NCBI GenBank assembly: GCA_004431415.1
Contig: QPMI01000103.1
Coordinates: 62,001 to 126,000, forward strand
DNA from: Cyanophora paradoxa CCMP329
Lineage: Eukaryota; Plantae; Glaucophyta
Reading direction: 5' to 3'
DNA length: 64,000 bases
The notes under the pieces are model-generated. The model was not told the DNA's origin. It saw nothing but the letters and a program-made list of their open reading frames with translations, and did no database searches. Position numbers and translations under genes: made by a program. Below are positions 1 to 15,000 of this stretch, piece after piece; position 1 is the first letter of the stretch; the number at the start of each line of letters is the position of its first letter.

Positions 1-3000
1 CTGCCGTTGGCGGCTAGCTGGTAGGCGGCAAAGGCGCCGGCACTGCCAGGCTGCGTCGTCGGCGCCAGGAAGTCCGAAGCGCGGAGCGCGGGGCTGCCGG
101 GGGCCGGAGCCAGAGTGCAGTTGACAGGGAGACCCTCCCGTCGCCGCACCGTGCAGTTCAGACGGGCAGCGACGATATCGACGGTGGCTGCGGCGAGCCC
201 GCCGCCGCCTACGCGCTCCTGCCAGCTGACGGAGATGGGAACAGCCTCGCCAGCTCCTACGGTCCTCGCGACGAAAGACACGCCGGATCCCACGATAGTC
301 ATTGGCTCCGGCTGGATGAATGCGTTCGCAATGGGTGCATCCAGGTCCGCCGGGAGGATGGGAGGCGACCCAGGCGACGTCGAGACGGCGCAGGAGACGT
401 TGTTGCCGATAGCCAGGCGGCCGCTCTGGCACGTCACAGTGCCGTCGAACACCGTCAGGTTCCGCCTGTCAAAGACGCCACCTCCGACCGCCGCGGAGTA
501 CGAAGCGGTGACGAGGCCTGTGGCCGCGAGCTTCTCCGCGCCGATGAAGACCTCGAGCTGAGGGTGAAAATGAAGAAAGTCAGCCGCGAACAGACCCGCA
601 TCAGGAAATTTAAAGGCAAAGGCCTGACCGTGCCGTTCTCGGACGAGACGACGCCGGTGATGTTTCCGATGCTCGGGGCCGTCACGAGCACGTCCGTTGG
701 GACGAAGGGCGCCGAAGTCGCGTGCTGCTCGAGGATGCAGCTGATGTTCGCGTACCGCCTCCAGCGCGTTTGGTTGCAGAAGAGACGGGAGCCGAGGACG
801 ATGGCCGTAGAATCCGACAGCTCTCGCACCGGCGCGAACAGGCCGACGCTGCCGCCGTTATAGTTCACATCGACATCCGCCGTGTTGCCAGAGACGAGCG
901 GTGGTCCAGGAATGAACATGCCGATGGCCAGCGCTCCAGCCGCAGCTGTGAAGTTGTACGAAACGTACCTAAGCGACGAAGATATTAGAGAAGACGAATG
1001 AGAAGGCGGGAAGCAGCTGCAGAATACGAAGAGGGCTCACTGCAGGTCGCCAATGCGCAGCGTTGCAACGAAAATGTCGGTGCGCTGAATGGGCGGCGAG
1101 ATGCCGAAAGGCGTAATGGTGCAGGGCAAGTGGCGTCCGGGGCGTGTGCGCGGATCGCAGCGCAGCAGAGCCTCGACAATCGTTGCAGTGAAAGACTGGA
1201 TGCCGATCTGGCCTCCGCCGATCTGAATGCGTGATCATGAGGCGATCTCGGACACAGAACATCTCGAGTACACGCACGTCGTCCGACCAGTGAAGAGCAA
1301 TCGAAGAGCTCGACGCGGCCGACAGGGCGCGAAGCTTCACCGTGATCTGGCCCTGGTTCAGGGAAGGGGAGCCTTCGTCCTTGATAAGCTGCGAGGTGTT
1401 GACGGCGGGGGCGCCGATGTCCGCGGTTTGGAGGGCGGCGGAGTTCGGGGCGGCGCTGACGGTGCAGACGACCGAGGCCGGCGGGCTCCGCCGCGTACCC
1501 GCGCAGCTCACGGACCCCGCGACGACGGACAGGAGCGTCCTGCCCGCGAGGCCGGAGCCTACAGACGAGGTCCACGCCATGAGATAAGTGAACTCGGGCC
1601 TGGGAACGTTGACGGCCGGTCAGCTTTCCAGCAGTAAAAAGGACGTCGACGGACCGCAACGAACGTTATAATTAACTGCAGCTACTATATGTAACGCACC
1701 CGTTCACGACCGCCGCGGTGTGGGTGAAGAAGAGCCCGGAGCTGTTCGTGGTGGCCTCGGTCGATGGCGCGCTCCCGTACATGTCGACGAAGTCCGACGT
1801 GGCGAGGTTCGGCGAGTTGGAGTCCTTGAGAATGGCGCACTGGACCTGGCGCCCGAGAGCGACGCGGGGCCGCGAGCAGCGCAGAGGATCCGAGGCGACG
1901 ACGCCCACGGCGACGATGTTCGGAGTCTGCGCGACGAAGCCGCCGCCGATGGCGGACGCGAAGGTCACATTTAGGACGCCCGTGCTGCCGACCCCTGGCA
2001 CGCTCGCGCCGAAACGGATCGAGCCGCCTTCCAGGAGCTGCTCAGAGGTGCGATCGGGCACGACGTAGGAAGCGTTGAACGCGTATGACGCGAAGTCCGA
2101 GCTGAGGAGACTCTGGGATGTGGAGCTGCGCTGAAGGGTGCAGAGAGCAGTCGCGTCGCGGCGGACGCGGAGGCGGTTGCACGACAGGGTGGCGCCGACG
2201 AACTTCATCGTATGCTGCTCCGCAAGCCCGCCGTTCGGGTCGAGCTCATCACCCCACTTAATGCCGACAACACTTGACGCCGAGGTCGGCGTCTCGGCGG
2301 CAGTGTACCTAGTAGAAAATCAGAACACTGCAATCTCCAAAGGAGAAATTAAACAATCGGGGGTTTGCGATTAATATTGGCGCACGTGAAAGTGAACCGG
2401 CCGTTTGAAAACTGGAAGCCCGTAACTGATCCGTGCTGGTCAGAGAAGACGACCTCCTTGATGTCGGTCGAGTTCAAGGCCACAGACATCGCGGTCTTCT
2501 CTACTGTGCACGCCACTGAACCGCCGAAGCGGATGCGATAATCCATTACATAGTTAATGCATTGCAGGGTGTAATCAACCTGTGCCGCATGGATAAGATC
2601 GAAAGGTTAACGTTTTAGAAGACGCGATGCGGCCGCACCACCGCAATGGAAGTCGAAGAAATGATTGGTTTGCTGCCGTAAACAGCTGCATCGACGACCG
2701 CGCTTGCCCAGAAAATCTGCCGAGCATCAGAGATTATATAATTAGTAAAACGCGCAAATCGGGTTAGTTAGACCGCCCAAGACCGCGGATGATCGCGCAC
2801 CTGGTACGTCCCGCCCAAGACCGCGGATGCGGCGGTCAGCGGGATGGATAGGACGCCATCATCCGAAACGGAGCCGGAGGTCTGGACGAGGAAATTCTCC
2901 GAAGAGACGACCGGCGCAACATCGGCGGTGATGAACGGCGCGGCGTTCTCGGACGGTGTCAGGACGCAGGGGCTCGGCACGCCACGAGCCTTCCGGCCGG

Positions 3001-6000
3001 AAGGGCACACGACCGACTCGGGATCAATGACGAGGAACGTGTTCGAGGCCGCGACAGCGCCGCCGAGGGCGGCTGCGTAGCTCGCAGTCACCGTGCAGCC
3101 GCTCGAGCCGCACTTGGTGTCCGCATAGAACGTGAAGTTCAGATTGCCGTTGCCATCCGTGACGATGGCGCTGATGGAGGCGCCACCAGAGACCACGATG
3201 TCGAAGTCGCTCACGAGAAGCGAAGTTGAGGTCTCGGACTTGTGCAGGGTGCATCGCGCGTTCGTTCCAAGCAGGGTGCGCGTCGGGCCGGACGAGGGCG
3301 TGCACGTGATGCCCGTAGCCTCCGCCACGTCGATGGTGAGGGGGCGGATGGCGTCGTCCGAGGGCAGGACCATGCGGAGCTCCTCTTGCACCGAGCCGAC
3401 GACCGCAGTAACGGGGAGGTGGAGCGCGTTGCTCGCCAGCAGCACGGAGCCAAACGAGAAGGCCCCCGTGGAAGACCAGCCGGTCTTCATGTCCGAGCTG
3501 ACGAGTGAAATGGAAGCTGTGGCTGTGCAGTTGACCGTCTGGCCCTTGCCCATCCGGGTGCGCGGGCACGTGAACTCCAGGCCGGAGCTGATGTTCATTG
3601 CAAAGAGCTCGGGGAATTCGGGAGTGTCGGTGCTGGCGACGGTGACGGCCGACTCGCCGCTGCTCTCAAGTACGAGCGCCTTCACGTCGAACTCGACCCG
3701 ATTGAGGGAGGACGTCAACGGCTTGTTCAGAATGTTGGAGACGTTCGCCGTCCCCTCGTTCCCGTTGAAGCCGATGACCAAGTTGGTCTTCGAGAAGTCC
3801 GCGGATCCCGACGCTTTGACCACAGTGCAGTGGGCGGTCTCGCGGAGGCCGATCACGGTCTTGTCACACGAGAGCGACGGCAAGATCGGAGCCGGAACGT
3901 TGATCGTGCCAACGACGGTGCTGGCGCCGCCAATATCGGCTGAATAGTTGATTGTCACAGCGATGGGGCCGCCAATGTCGAGTGTGTCCAACACAGTGAA
4001 GACAACCTTTCGAGAATCTCGGCTTAGTACTGTAAAAAGAAATTAGATAGATCAGATCGTGAAGGTCTCACCCTTCCATTGGTGCCCGCTGCAAGGGCCG
4101 ACGTGTTGAGCGCGAGTCCTTGATCGGTCATCGCGACCGGAGCGCCAAAATCAGTCGCCTGCAGACTCATGCCCGAGGTCGCCGGGATGAGAGTGCAAGA
4201 AATTGAGGCTCTCAGAAGTCTGGGGTCTGAACGAGAAAAAGCCAGAAACAACTGTGAGAACACAGAAGAACCCGAGAGATTCACAGGCTACATACCATAG
4301 GTGCACGTGAAGTTCGCGCGGATGACGGTGATCGTGACAGGGCCGACGGCGTTTGCCGTGAACGCATCGACGACCGAGACCCGAGAGAGAGCTGGGTGGT
4401 CGGCTGAATGGCCCTGTTGGCGACGGACGCGGAGAAGGAAACCTTGTCCGCGGTATTGTTGACCGTAATGCTTCCGGAGAGGGTGAGCTGTCCCGCCACA
4501 GTCGAGCGGAGGGTAAGGTCCGAAGACAGCAAATTGGGGGAGCCCGGGTTGATCGAGGCCTCGCACGCAATGGTGGAGCTGTAGACGACGCGCGTCCGGG
4601 TGCAGGAGAGCCCGCCGGTGAGGGCGAGCACGTCGAACGGTACCGAGGCGGCGATCGGCGACTCGGAAAGCCACCACATGCTCGTGTCAGTAAGGTCCGA
4701 TCCGGGAATGTGGTTGAGCACGGGCTCATAGCCCGAGTTAGTTCTCAGCCCGGTGACGTTGACTCGATACTGGCCGGAGGACGATGTTCTCACAACTGTG
4801 CCATCCACGGGCCAGACTTTGCAGTCGCTGTCGCCGTCCGGGCCCCAATACCAAAAGCAGTTTGGCACCATAGATCCCTGGGAGTTGGGCGATGTGCCGA
4901 GCACGGTGTTCGAGATGACCGTCGGGGTCGTTCCCGTCCGCGAGATTGTGATCTGCACGGTGCCGGTCCTCGCGACACGGCACCGCTTCACGCTGCTGAC
5001 GGTGACTGAGGAAGGGCAGTCATAGGTGTGCGCCTGCCCTGTCGCTGTCCTGGCGGTGAGGACAAGAGCCGATCCGATCGCGTGCCTAGGCTGGACTGAA
5101 ATAGAAGCGCCAGTGACCTGATATCGAGATCGATCATGTGAGCGGACGGTCAGGCTTATATATGATTAGCTCTGAATCCAGTGCTCGGACCTTGAAGGTG
5201 GCTCGAACGCCCTGAGTGATCGCGCTCGCGACCGTCCAGTAGTCCGTGACCGACTCCACGAGGGTGGCGCCCGTCGCGACCCAGTTGAAGTCGCTGGCCT
5301 CGAGCGAGACTTTGCCCGCAGCCTGTGCAGTCCAGGCCTAGCGCGTCAGCGCAGGCTAGGGCCAGCCTTGCGCCGAAGAAAACAGCGCGCACCGGCAAGA
5401 GGCGGCACTGGAAGAAGCAGCCGATGCAGGTCGCGAAGCGCATGGGCGTGGCGGAGGCGGTTTCTCCCTGAAGAATGTTGTTGGGGACGGTGGTCGCCCC
5501 CGCGGCCGTGTACGCGCTGCACGTCAAGGAGGCAGCCTGCGAGCGCACGTGGCATCAATATTCGTATAAGGGCTCGAAAAGGCTGCGCAAGTTGGCTCCT
5601 GCGGACCTGAAACACGACGACCTTGCGCTTGAGAACTTCGCGGTCGACGTTCTTCGGGCGCCTGCTATTCAGGGTCCAGTAGCCGCGCTCGGAGTTCCAA
5701 GTAGAATACCCCGGGCTGTAAGGGCTGAGGTTGTCGTCCGCTGAGTAGTACGTGGATGCAGAATAACGGATGGACAGGAAATGGTTGATCGTTTTGTCCA
5801 TTGCGGTGGCGGAGCTCCTCAGCGAGAAGCGGATGAGGGGGAACGGGCCCTCCCCCGCTCTGACCAAGTACGTGCTAGGGACACTGGCGGTCGCTGCAGC
5901 GTAGGCGCTGATGGAAGCGTGGCCGGTGTTGCTGGTGCATGTCTCTCCGTCAGCACTGAAGGTGCCAAGGCAAGTCTGGGGTTTTGTGGAAACACAAACG

Positions 6001-9000
6001 ACGGTCAGCCTGCGGCTGCGAGAAGCGCGCGAACTCTAGAAAGATAATTTACCTCAAAGTCTGAAGTCAAAAGATCTCCTGGAGACGTGTACTCATTATG
6101 CACGATGTACACTGCGAGCCCGAAAATGAGGAAGACCTACTATCGGATTCTAAATTGAACACAGGTGCGCGGACCGTAGTACGCTGTGTCGACCGTAATT
6201 GAGACCGGCAGCCGAATGACACCTCCCGGTTGGTCTTGAACACTCGCTTGCGCTATACATCAAGGGAACGGAATCAGATCTAGATGTAAGTGAACAAAAT
6301 ACGGCTGTCGACAGTGGCACCTTGGAAAAACTTGACTGGGGCCGGATTTCCGGGGATCGGAGAGTTATCAACTGTGTAAATCGCGGATATGTTTACTGTC
6401 CCCGCGAGAGTTGGCCTTAGAGTCCACTTTATCTGCGTACGCGGTTCGAATTCGTTATCGATGCATGAACGTCCGATTGATCATGAGGAAGATTCGTCGC
6501 CGTGCGCGTGTGTAGGCGCGCATGCTCACCACGTCGAACACATCGGGGGGATTAGGGGCGTTTCTGAACGCGTAGTTGCCGCCATTTCCGGCCCATCCGA
6601 TTGCCACAGGCGAGTAGGTGCCGGTTCCTCCGGACCTGTAATTCGAACGTACGGACGCGATCAATTACAATTGCAAGAGCGCGACTTCGAAGCTTCCAGT
6701 CGTGAATGAACGCACTTGGAGATCTGCAGGTCGAAACCGGAAAGCTGTCCGCTAACAGCAGTTTTCTGAATGTAGCACGAAAAATAGCAATTGCGGCCGC
6801 CCGCCGCGTTCTGGCAGACGGCAACCCTAGCAGGGGAACAGACAATTGGCTGTGCAGCGATCACGAAGATTTCGACGTTTCTGCCACGGTCAGCCTTGAC
6901 GAGGCCCGGGTTAAAGTCGTAGACGTTGCGGAGATTGGGGCCTGTCGTAGAAGCGATATCGATATACATAAAAGAGACCAAACGGATGAAATGAAGTTAG
7001 ATCGATATTCAAAAACCGCACCTGTGACGCCAGGTACGTTCAAATTGAAGAAAAATCGGTTGACTCCCCGCGTCGCTTGAGCAGATGTGGGTGCCGTGTA
7101 TCTGCGCCACAGTCGAAAGCATGAGGACTGCAGCTGCGTACAGTCTTCGGCCAGGACAGGGGGCGCACGTGAAGTTGAGGTACGGGAAGCACGTGGAGAG
7201 GGACGCGTTCCTTGTGCAAGAGCACCATTCTGGCGCGGGGTCGGTTTCTGTCACCAACGTCGTTTCGTTCGTCGTTGCGTTGACCACTTCCACCGTCCTA
7301 ACGACGGGGGCGCAATCTTTTCCCGAGGGGAACTGTTCCACATCCTCCACCAAAGCCGTGAGGTTGGTCAACCTCCCCTCGAATTGCCCCGTCACGTTGA
7401 ACGGCCCGGAGATCGCGGAGCGCGGGATGATGGGGCCGATGATCTCGTCGTTGACCATGTACGGGGCGAGGCTGCAGTTGACCGACATGCCGGCCCTGAT
7501 GCGCGTGCTCGGGTAGCAGGTGGTGCGGTAGTCGATCACGGCCTGGACGGTGATGTTGCGAAGCAGCTTCGCCGACGGCAGATCCCTCGTCGTGTCGGGG
7601 AAGCCAATCTGGTCGAATGTCAATCGGACTTCGGCGGCAATCGCGTGCTTAGCTTGCCACCGCCCCCGAAATGTTACGAACTCGAAACTGTGCGCACCGC
7701 ATACCAGGACTTCACGTGCTCGCCCGTGTCTCCGAATGGCAGCAGAACAATGGAGGTGGGCACCCAAGTCGAGAAGCCCTGGGCGAACCAGTCGATGTTG
7801 GCCATAGAGAAGCCGATCCCGCCGGTGCGGCCCGGTTCGCGGTGGCCGACGAGGTCTCGCGCGAAGACGGGGTCACTCTGAAGTTGCGGGGCAGCCCCTA
7901 TCGTGAACAGCCAGCAGCTGATGAGCGGTTCCTGCACGATACGGGTCAACGTTCGAATTTTGAGAAGTACGAGCCTCGCGGGAAGGGGGGGGGGGCGGGG
8001 GGGGGCGTCTTTAATCTATTGATACGTATACACACACCAAGTAGTAACCAGCGTACAAGATTGCGTTCTCGGAAATGAAGCAATACCTGCATGGCGAAAT
8101 CAGTTCTTTTCCCGCATAATCCAAACGAATTCGAATGAAGCACCGGATCTCCCCGTCCACGATGTGATAGTCCTGCGCGCCCGGATGGAATCGAGTCGGG
8201 GCTTAGCTTCAGGCCTCTCACTCTGTGGGGGCCACAGTGCGGACCGTGTAGGTGGGCGGCGTGACGCTCTTGGAAGTGGTCGTTAGCCGCCTTGCCATCG
8301 GAAATCCGAACTGGAAGCCGCCCCTCCGGGACAGGCCAGTTGGCGTGATGATAAACTGCAGCAGGTGATCGTAAGCCCTCGAAATTCATAACATGCTTCT
8401 CGGTAGCTTATGATTAAGAGCATTTGTAATCCAGACCTCGGCGGGATTGCTCGTGTTGCGCAGCTCGACGGGCGGCAGAATGAGGCCGGGCGGAATCGAC
8501 GAGTTCGTGGCGGGCTTGACGACGGCCGTCCAGTTGAAGTCCCGCATCTCGGGAGGGGCGACAGACTCTGCCTTGATGCTCGAAGCCGCGACCGCGTCGC
8601 CGAGGCCGTCGTACTTCGACTTGGTGAGCATGCGACACGTGTGGTTGTACGGCGCGTCCCGCCACGTGCGCCTCCGCTGGGCCGCGGTGTCGCTATTATC
8701 GTCGTTGCTCCCCCCGTTGGGCGAGGGGAAGCACTCAAAGAGCTTTGTGTGAACTGCAAAAGGGGCGGAACCCTCAGCGCGGGGCGGAAACCTCAGCGTT
8801 CGAGCAACCTATTTATAGTTCTGATCGCATCCGGAAAGGACGCACCCTCGACCACTTTCACGACGAATTCGAGCGAGTTAATGCAGCGCGTGCCATCTGG
8901 CATCCAGCATGTAGACGTGACAAACGGGACGATAAGCTTTGTCTCGGCGATTCGTTTCGGTGATCCGAAAGTCACTGGAGCGGTGTCAAACGAAATGCGT

Positions 9001-12000
9001 CTCGGATCGTGATTCTCGCCCGCTCTCATAAATAGTTACCTGTGTAGTTGATGCTACGCTTTGCACCGGACGCGGCGAATCCGTTGGTGCTCAGTGTGGG
9101 ACGAGGGGTTGCTCCCGCGTACGTGGTCGGACAATTGATGCCGATATACTGATCGCCATAGTCTTCGCAGCCTGCGGTCGCCACCGGCGCCTGTAGATTG
9201 AGATCAGGTCGACGTTGTCATGATCATATTCATTTTCTTGGTACCGCAGAATTGCGAAATTAGAGCGGACCTGGAGACTCGAAAAGTAGGTAGTGTTGAA
9301 GTACGCCATGTACAAATTCGCCGATCCGGGCGCCGCCTCGACCCAGCAGGGCATTTGGTCACCCGCCTAAACCGCTCATGTCAGGCCGACGTGAAGGGCA
9401 GATCTAGATCTAGAGGTTGTAATCTGGCGGCGCACGTAAACGCGGTCCCTGTCGCACTTCACCGACGCTTCGATGATCGGCACCGTGGGCTGGCCAGGCA
9501 TGTTCGTGTGGGAGACTCGATAACGGAAGTTCATCGCGCCTTGGTTCTTCGCCTTCGCAATCACGACGAACTGCGACGGAACACAGTTACGCAGTCAGCG
9601 ATCATTTATTCAATAGGCAGCGCCCTCATGAACATGGTCTGCCCCAGATAGAAGCGCACCCGATCGCTGCGGAAGTACGATTCGCGCTTCTCGTACTCCT
9701 CCCACGGGCCGACAACTTTGGAGCAGTCGACGCTTGGGGCCTCATTATGATCACGCAGCCTCCGGCGACCGTATCCGTACCCCCCGCCGCCGTAGTACTG
9801 GCAATACTCGTATTCGTACGAGTATGGGTTCTTTCCGCTGGGAGCGTTTCCACCTGTGAATTGCGTCAGACGCCATCGCGCGGGCGCGCGCGGAAATTGA
9901 GTCTCGCGCACCGATGACATAGAAATCGTAAGGGTCGATCTGGTAGCTGTACTGGTTCTGGGCGACGGTGCAGTTTACCCAGGTATTCACTTGAACCGCC
10001 GCGGGGATTCCTGTCGCCGGAACTGCCAGAGATGTGCACGTGATGGAGTCGATGTGGATTATCGGGATGGCCTCCGGCCACTGCCAGAGCGGAATGGCCG
10101 TCTTGTCCATGACGTATCCGGTGGGGAAGGTCGAGTTGGCGACATCGGTTAGCAAGCCGAGGCCGAGGGTAGCGTCGCTCATGTAGAGGTTGATCTTCAC
10201 GACGGAGCCCTTGTTCTTGAGATTGAGGGTCGGGGCGACCGAGGTCAGCGTGAAGTTGAGCCCGGAGCGCGAGTACGTGTCCCCATACTCAGAACTTGTC
10301 TGGATGAACGCCTGAACCGCGCTGGCCGTGATACCCGGAGCGATGGTCGCGTTGACGAGAAGGCGGATGTCCCCGGGCCGAAGGATCGTGGACTGGGTAG
10401 GGTCCCACTGGGGCCAGATGAAGCACGGCAGGGCGATATTTGCTGGGAGCTTCTCCATGCATTCCACTGACAGCTCTGCGGGAGCATAATCTTAAGCGGT
10501 AGCGGAAAGCAAAGATATCGATGTAGGACAGGCGCAAAGGTCATTACCAGGAAGAACGGCCACTTCCGCAGGACCGTTCGTCACAGGAGCGCCCAGAATA
10601 GTCACGTTTACGTAGAAGTAGTCAACAGCGTAAGAATTGGCTTGCGCGGAGATGATCACCCCTGTCGATGTGGCGAAGTGGGGGAACCACGTTCTGGGGA
10701 GCATCATGCTAGAATACTCTTCCCGGCACCCGCCCTCACACCACTCCGGCCATTTAAGCGTCGGAGCAAGTGCGGCCGCTCCGACTTGAATGTCGCTGAC
10801 GATAGGGACGGCCGAGCCAGAATTCGGAAGCACTGGGCGCGAGTTTCGATTTGAACAAATGCTCGAGCTCACGGGAAGCTTAAGGGTGAATTGTGTGCAC
10901 CTGAGCAAGAGAAGACGGCGTCGTGGAAGATGCGGCACTGGGACTCTGAGAGGCCGATCTGGGTGCACGAGCAGGAAAGACGTGCAGAAAGCTAGGGGAG
11001 AGGCGACACAATCAGAAAACGCAGAGCAAGGGATGATTAATCTTCGATATCCAGCGCACCACGGCTACGTAAAAGCGAGCCGCCTTGCGCACGCCTATAA
11101 GAGTTGTGAACCCAGGTGCGTAGGTGAGGTAAACTTGCGCCCCGGGCTCCGTTCCGTTCCGCCCCAGTGCTGCCTGGTACACGAATGTAAGCCCGCCCTC
11201 CGCTGTAGTGTTGTATGTGGAACTCAGGATCTGAGCCCCATGGCCAACATGAGCTCGACGTTAGCTCCGATTCGCAGGAGCTATGCGGGCAAATCAAACC
11301 GTTCCGAAGGTTGCACGCAGATCGAAAGCAGCAGGATTAAGATCCGGAAGCCCTGCAGACAATCATGATCGGTTGCGCCTCGACAACGTTAGCAGATATA
11401 GATCTAAACGCAGATAGATAACACGCACCGTCGCCCTTTGTCGCAGTGCACGTTGCGTTGGCTCCAGGCAATACGCGCTCGGGCACGCAGGTGAACGTCT
11501 TGATGCCTGCAGACCGAGCTCGGTTCAGAAGCTCACAATCGCAAGCGGCCGATCGCGAGGGGCGGGGAACACACCTGTTACTGTGACGTTCACCGCGGGA
11601 CCTCCCAGCGAGCGGAACGGCGGACGGACAGACCAGATGCCAGCAGGGAACGGCACGGCGCGGAAAATGACCCCGCTGCCGCTAGTGGCGATGTTTGAGT
11701 ACGTTGGATACCCTGGGACGGACGCGGCCGATACGCCGTCCATGTCGGAGGTAAGGATGCTTGGCGTGCCGCCTGTCGGCTGCACGTTGCACTCGGTGAA
11801 CTGCGGAGGCTCGCCGACAAGCCCAACCAGAAACGTCGGCGTGCAGGAAAGTGTAGATACGAGAATTGAGATGTTCAGAGGCGCATTGCCGACAACGCCG
11901 CCCCCAAGGGCGGGCGAGTAGCTTATATGCATCTGCAGATTGGATGCGAACGTGCTGCGATTTGCAGCTCGGATGTGGAAAGTCATCTGCGCCGCAAATT

Positions 12001-15000
12001 CGAATCAATTCAGGGCGAGTGTGTGCAAGACCCCTCGGCCGGAGCTCGAGACTTCATACCCGCGACGTGTTCAAGGTGGTTACAATCTGGAAATCGGAGA
12101 CGGACAGATCGGGACTGGAAGGCGTGAATACAAAGTTCTCGGGCGATGTGATGACGCCCTGCTGCGCGTTCATGGTGCAGAGGGTGCTCCCGCCAGCGGC
12201 CACGCGAACGAGGGTGCAGGTCACGTTCGCGCGAAGGAAACTAATGAAACTGCTCGCCGCATCCCTAGGGGTATTATCGATGTTGCTGCAGGGACGGTCA
12301 TTGTCGGCTGTGAATATATGCTTTGGGAAACCGACTCACCGGATGAAGTTGAAGTCGTATGGGAGGCGGAGGGTGGCGCCGCGGTTTGCTCCGAGGTTGC
12401 CCGCGCGATTGGGATTGAAGGCAAAGCTGAAGAACTTTGTGGCGTTCGCCGAGCAGGGCGCGCTGCAGTAGACTCCCCCTTCCGGGGCTGCACCCTCCGC
12501 CCGCGCAGTGGAAGAGCAGTTGGTTTCGCACGTCGCTTTCGCAATCGGTCCGAGCAAGCCCGCGGAGGCCGGCAGCACACTCGCAGAGGGCAGGTCCTCC
12601 AGCGACACTGGATTCGATGCGTTCAGCGCCCAGATGGAGCACGAGACGGTGGTGTTCTGAGTCTGCTCGCGAAGCCTCCATCGGTCAGGGAAAGGATGTA
12701 TACGCTTGCGCCGTAAATTCAAATTTAAAGCGGCGCACCGCGACGAGGGAGACCGCATCCGGGAAGCACTGCATGGTGACCAGAGGCACCTGCGGGAACG
12801 TTCATGTTTAGCATCGATGGCGACCTCGAAAAAAGTTACAAGATTTATAATGGGAGGGTATATATAGAGCACCTTGCCAAACGTGACCGAAAAGGCCGTG
12901 CGAGTCTCGGAGGCCGGGTGTTGACCGAGGGCACTCTTCCAGTTGAATTGAACGGACGAATCCGGTGCGTACTTGCCAGAGATAGTGACAGCGTAGGCGC
13001 CCGCGGAATCGGCGGAGGGGCCCGAGATCAAGCTCCCGAAAACGCCGGAGGACGGTGTGTATGCGATGTCGAAGTCGTTGGCGTACGGGGGCCTGTTCCC
13101 GAGGCTGTCCGCTTGGTAGACGATCGAGCAGACTCCGCGCTGCGTTCATAGCGCGTCAGAGAGCACGCGTACGGCGATCGAGATCACGATGTGCACGGCG
13201 TGCGACAAAACGCACCATGTTAGTTGCAGTGGCGTCAAGTGCGAGCGCGCAGAACGAGGCCGTCTGGTCAACGGCGAGGATCTTGACGTTCGCAGAGGCC
13301 GCCAGGGAGAGCGTCGTGTTCGCGCTGGGCATCCACGAATCGTTCCAGTAAAGCTTGATGTTCGAGGCGCTGCTGGCGTACAGCTGCCGGCGACTTCAGT
13401 CCGCGACCGCGTGCGCATGCGATTATGCCAATTGCAATCTTATTATAATTATAACGTTAACCGGAAAACTTCAGACCTCCGTCTCGTTCATCTGGAAGCT
13501 GAGTGTCTTTGCGTTGGTCGAGATGATGGAAGCCGAGTACGAGATGGAAAAGTCTCCGGGGAATATGTCAATATTGTTCGCTGTGATAGAGCAGGATGCA
13601 ACATAGTTCCGAGTCAGCCGCGAAGGACAGGACAGGGAAGGCTTGATGACGTCCACGGAAAACTCCGAGCCAGGGATGGAAATGTTGGCGGCGACTCCGG
13701 TCCTCGACTGCACCCATACCGCGCGCACGTCGACCTTCCCGCCGGAGCCAGAGGGCTTGCCCACGAGGTCGTACAGGTACTGGATCGGCTCGCTCGCGTT
13801 GAGGACCGCATCCACGGGAGGCGAGACGAACGCGAACGCCGCCTTTGAGTTGTTGCTCACGAGTAACCTGGACGAGGATTGCGCGGTGGGCTGCGCGGCC
13901 TGGCTGACATGCGCTTGAGAGTGTAAGAAGGCTCGCGCACGAAAAGTCGGACTGGTTCAGCTGCGGAGCGTTGGGCAGATCGACGCGCTCAAGTCTGCAG
14001 GCAGATATCTGCATTTGATCGAATATTGATGTAAATATCCGGTTCGGAAACTCGCCAAGCGCGCCCAACGCGTTCTCGCACCCCGGGGATGCCAACTGGC
14101 AGGCGCCTGCCAGTGCAGTTGGCGACGGCGTCAATCGAAATGAACGAGCAGCTTCCCGCAGTGTCCGGCTGGAGCTTGGGGTCCGAGACGCCAGTAAACT
14201 GCGCCCTGCAAACTGGCGTTTCAGCGCCAATTTGAAACCGGAGCGCTGGCGAGAGACAAACCGGAAGGTAGCGATCTGGTGGAAGACGAGGGGCGTGGAG
14301 AGGCTCAACGTAATCACTCCAGAGGTCATGTTCTTGGCAGAATTGATGGTAGCCGCGCCGCTTCCATTTACACCCGGGCCAGCTGTCCAGACGCCTGCGT
14401 ACACACTCATTGAGTTAAGGGCCTTGGCCCGAATTGTTCGTAGGTTTATTTATAATAAGGTACAGAAAAACAAGCGGCGGAGACCTTCGAGTTCGTCGAG
14501 GTTGAGCTGCGGGCTGCCCGTCGATGGGAAAACCATGAGAGTTAGTTGGTTTGTCCGGCGCAGGCGAATTGGATTGTCCATGGCCGCGGGTCCGCAGATT
14601 GTTCTATTAATTCCCTTGAGAACAAACTGAGAGCTGCAAAATATATGAAGCCAGGCATCAGTACCGGCCGCGGCACGAATGCCGGAGCTGGCTATAGACA
14701 GTGCGATCGATATCGCGGACCTGTAGAAGTGGGCGGGCTCATTCTTGGGCACGCCCGGCTCCGTCTCGTACGTGATGCCTGTCAACAAGAAATCGATGAC
14801 AATCTTCTTGGCTCCGAACTGCGGCACCGACGCGAGAGCGCGGGTGAGTTTCTTTGGCGGGGCTCGCGGGGAAGCGCGACGCTAACCGCGAGGCTCGCGG
14901 GGAACGTCAGGTTGTAGAGGCCGCGCCCAGAGTTGTGCTTCCAAACGAGCCGGTTCTCGGGCGATCGCAGAGGCTTCCACGTGCTCTCGCTGTGCGTGAA

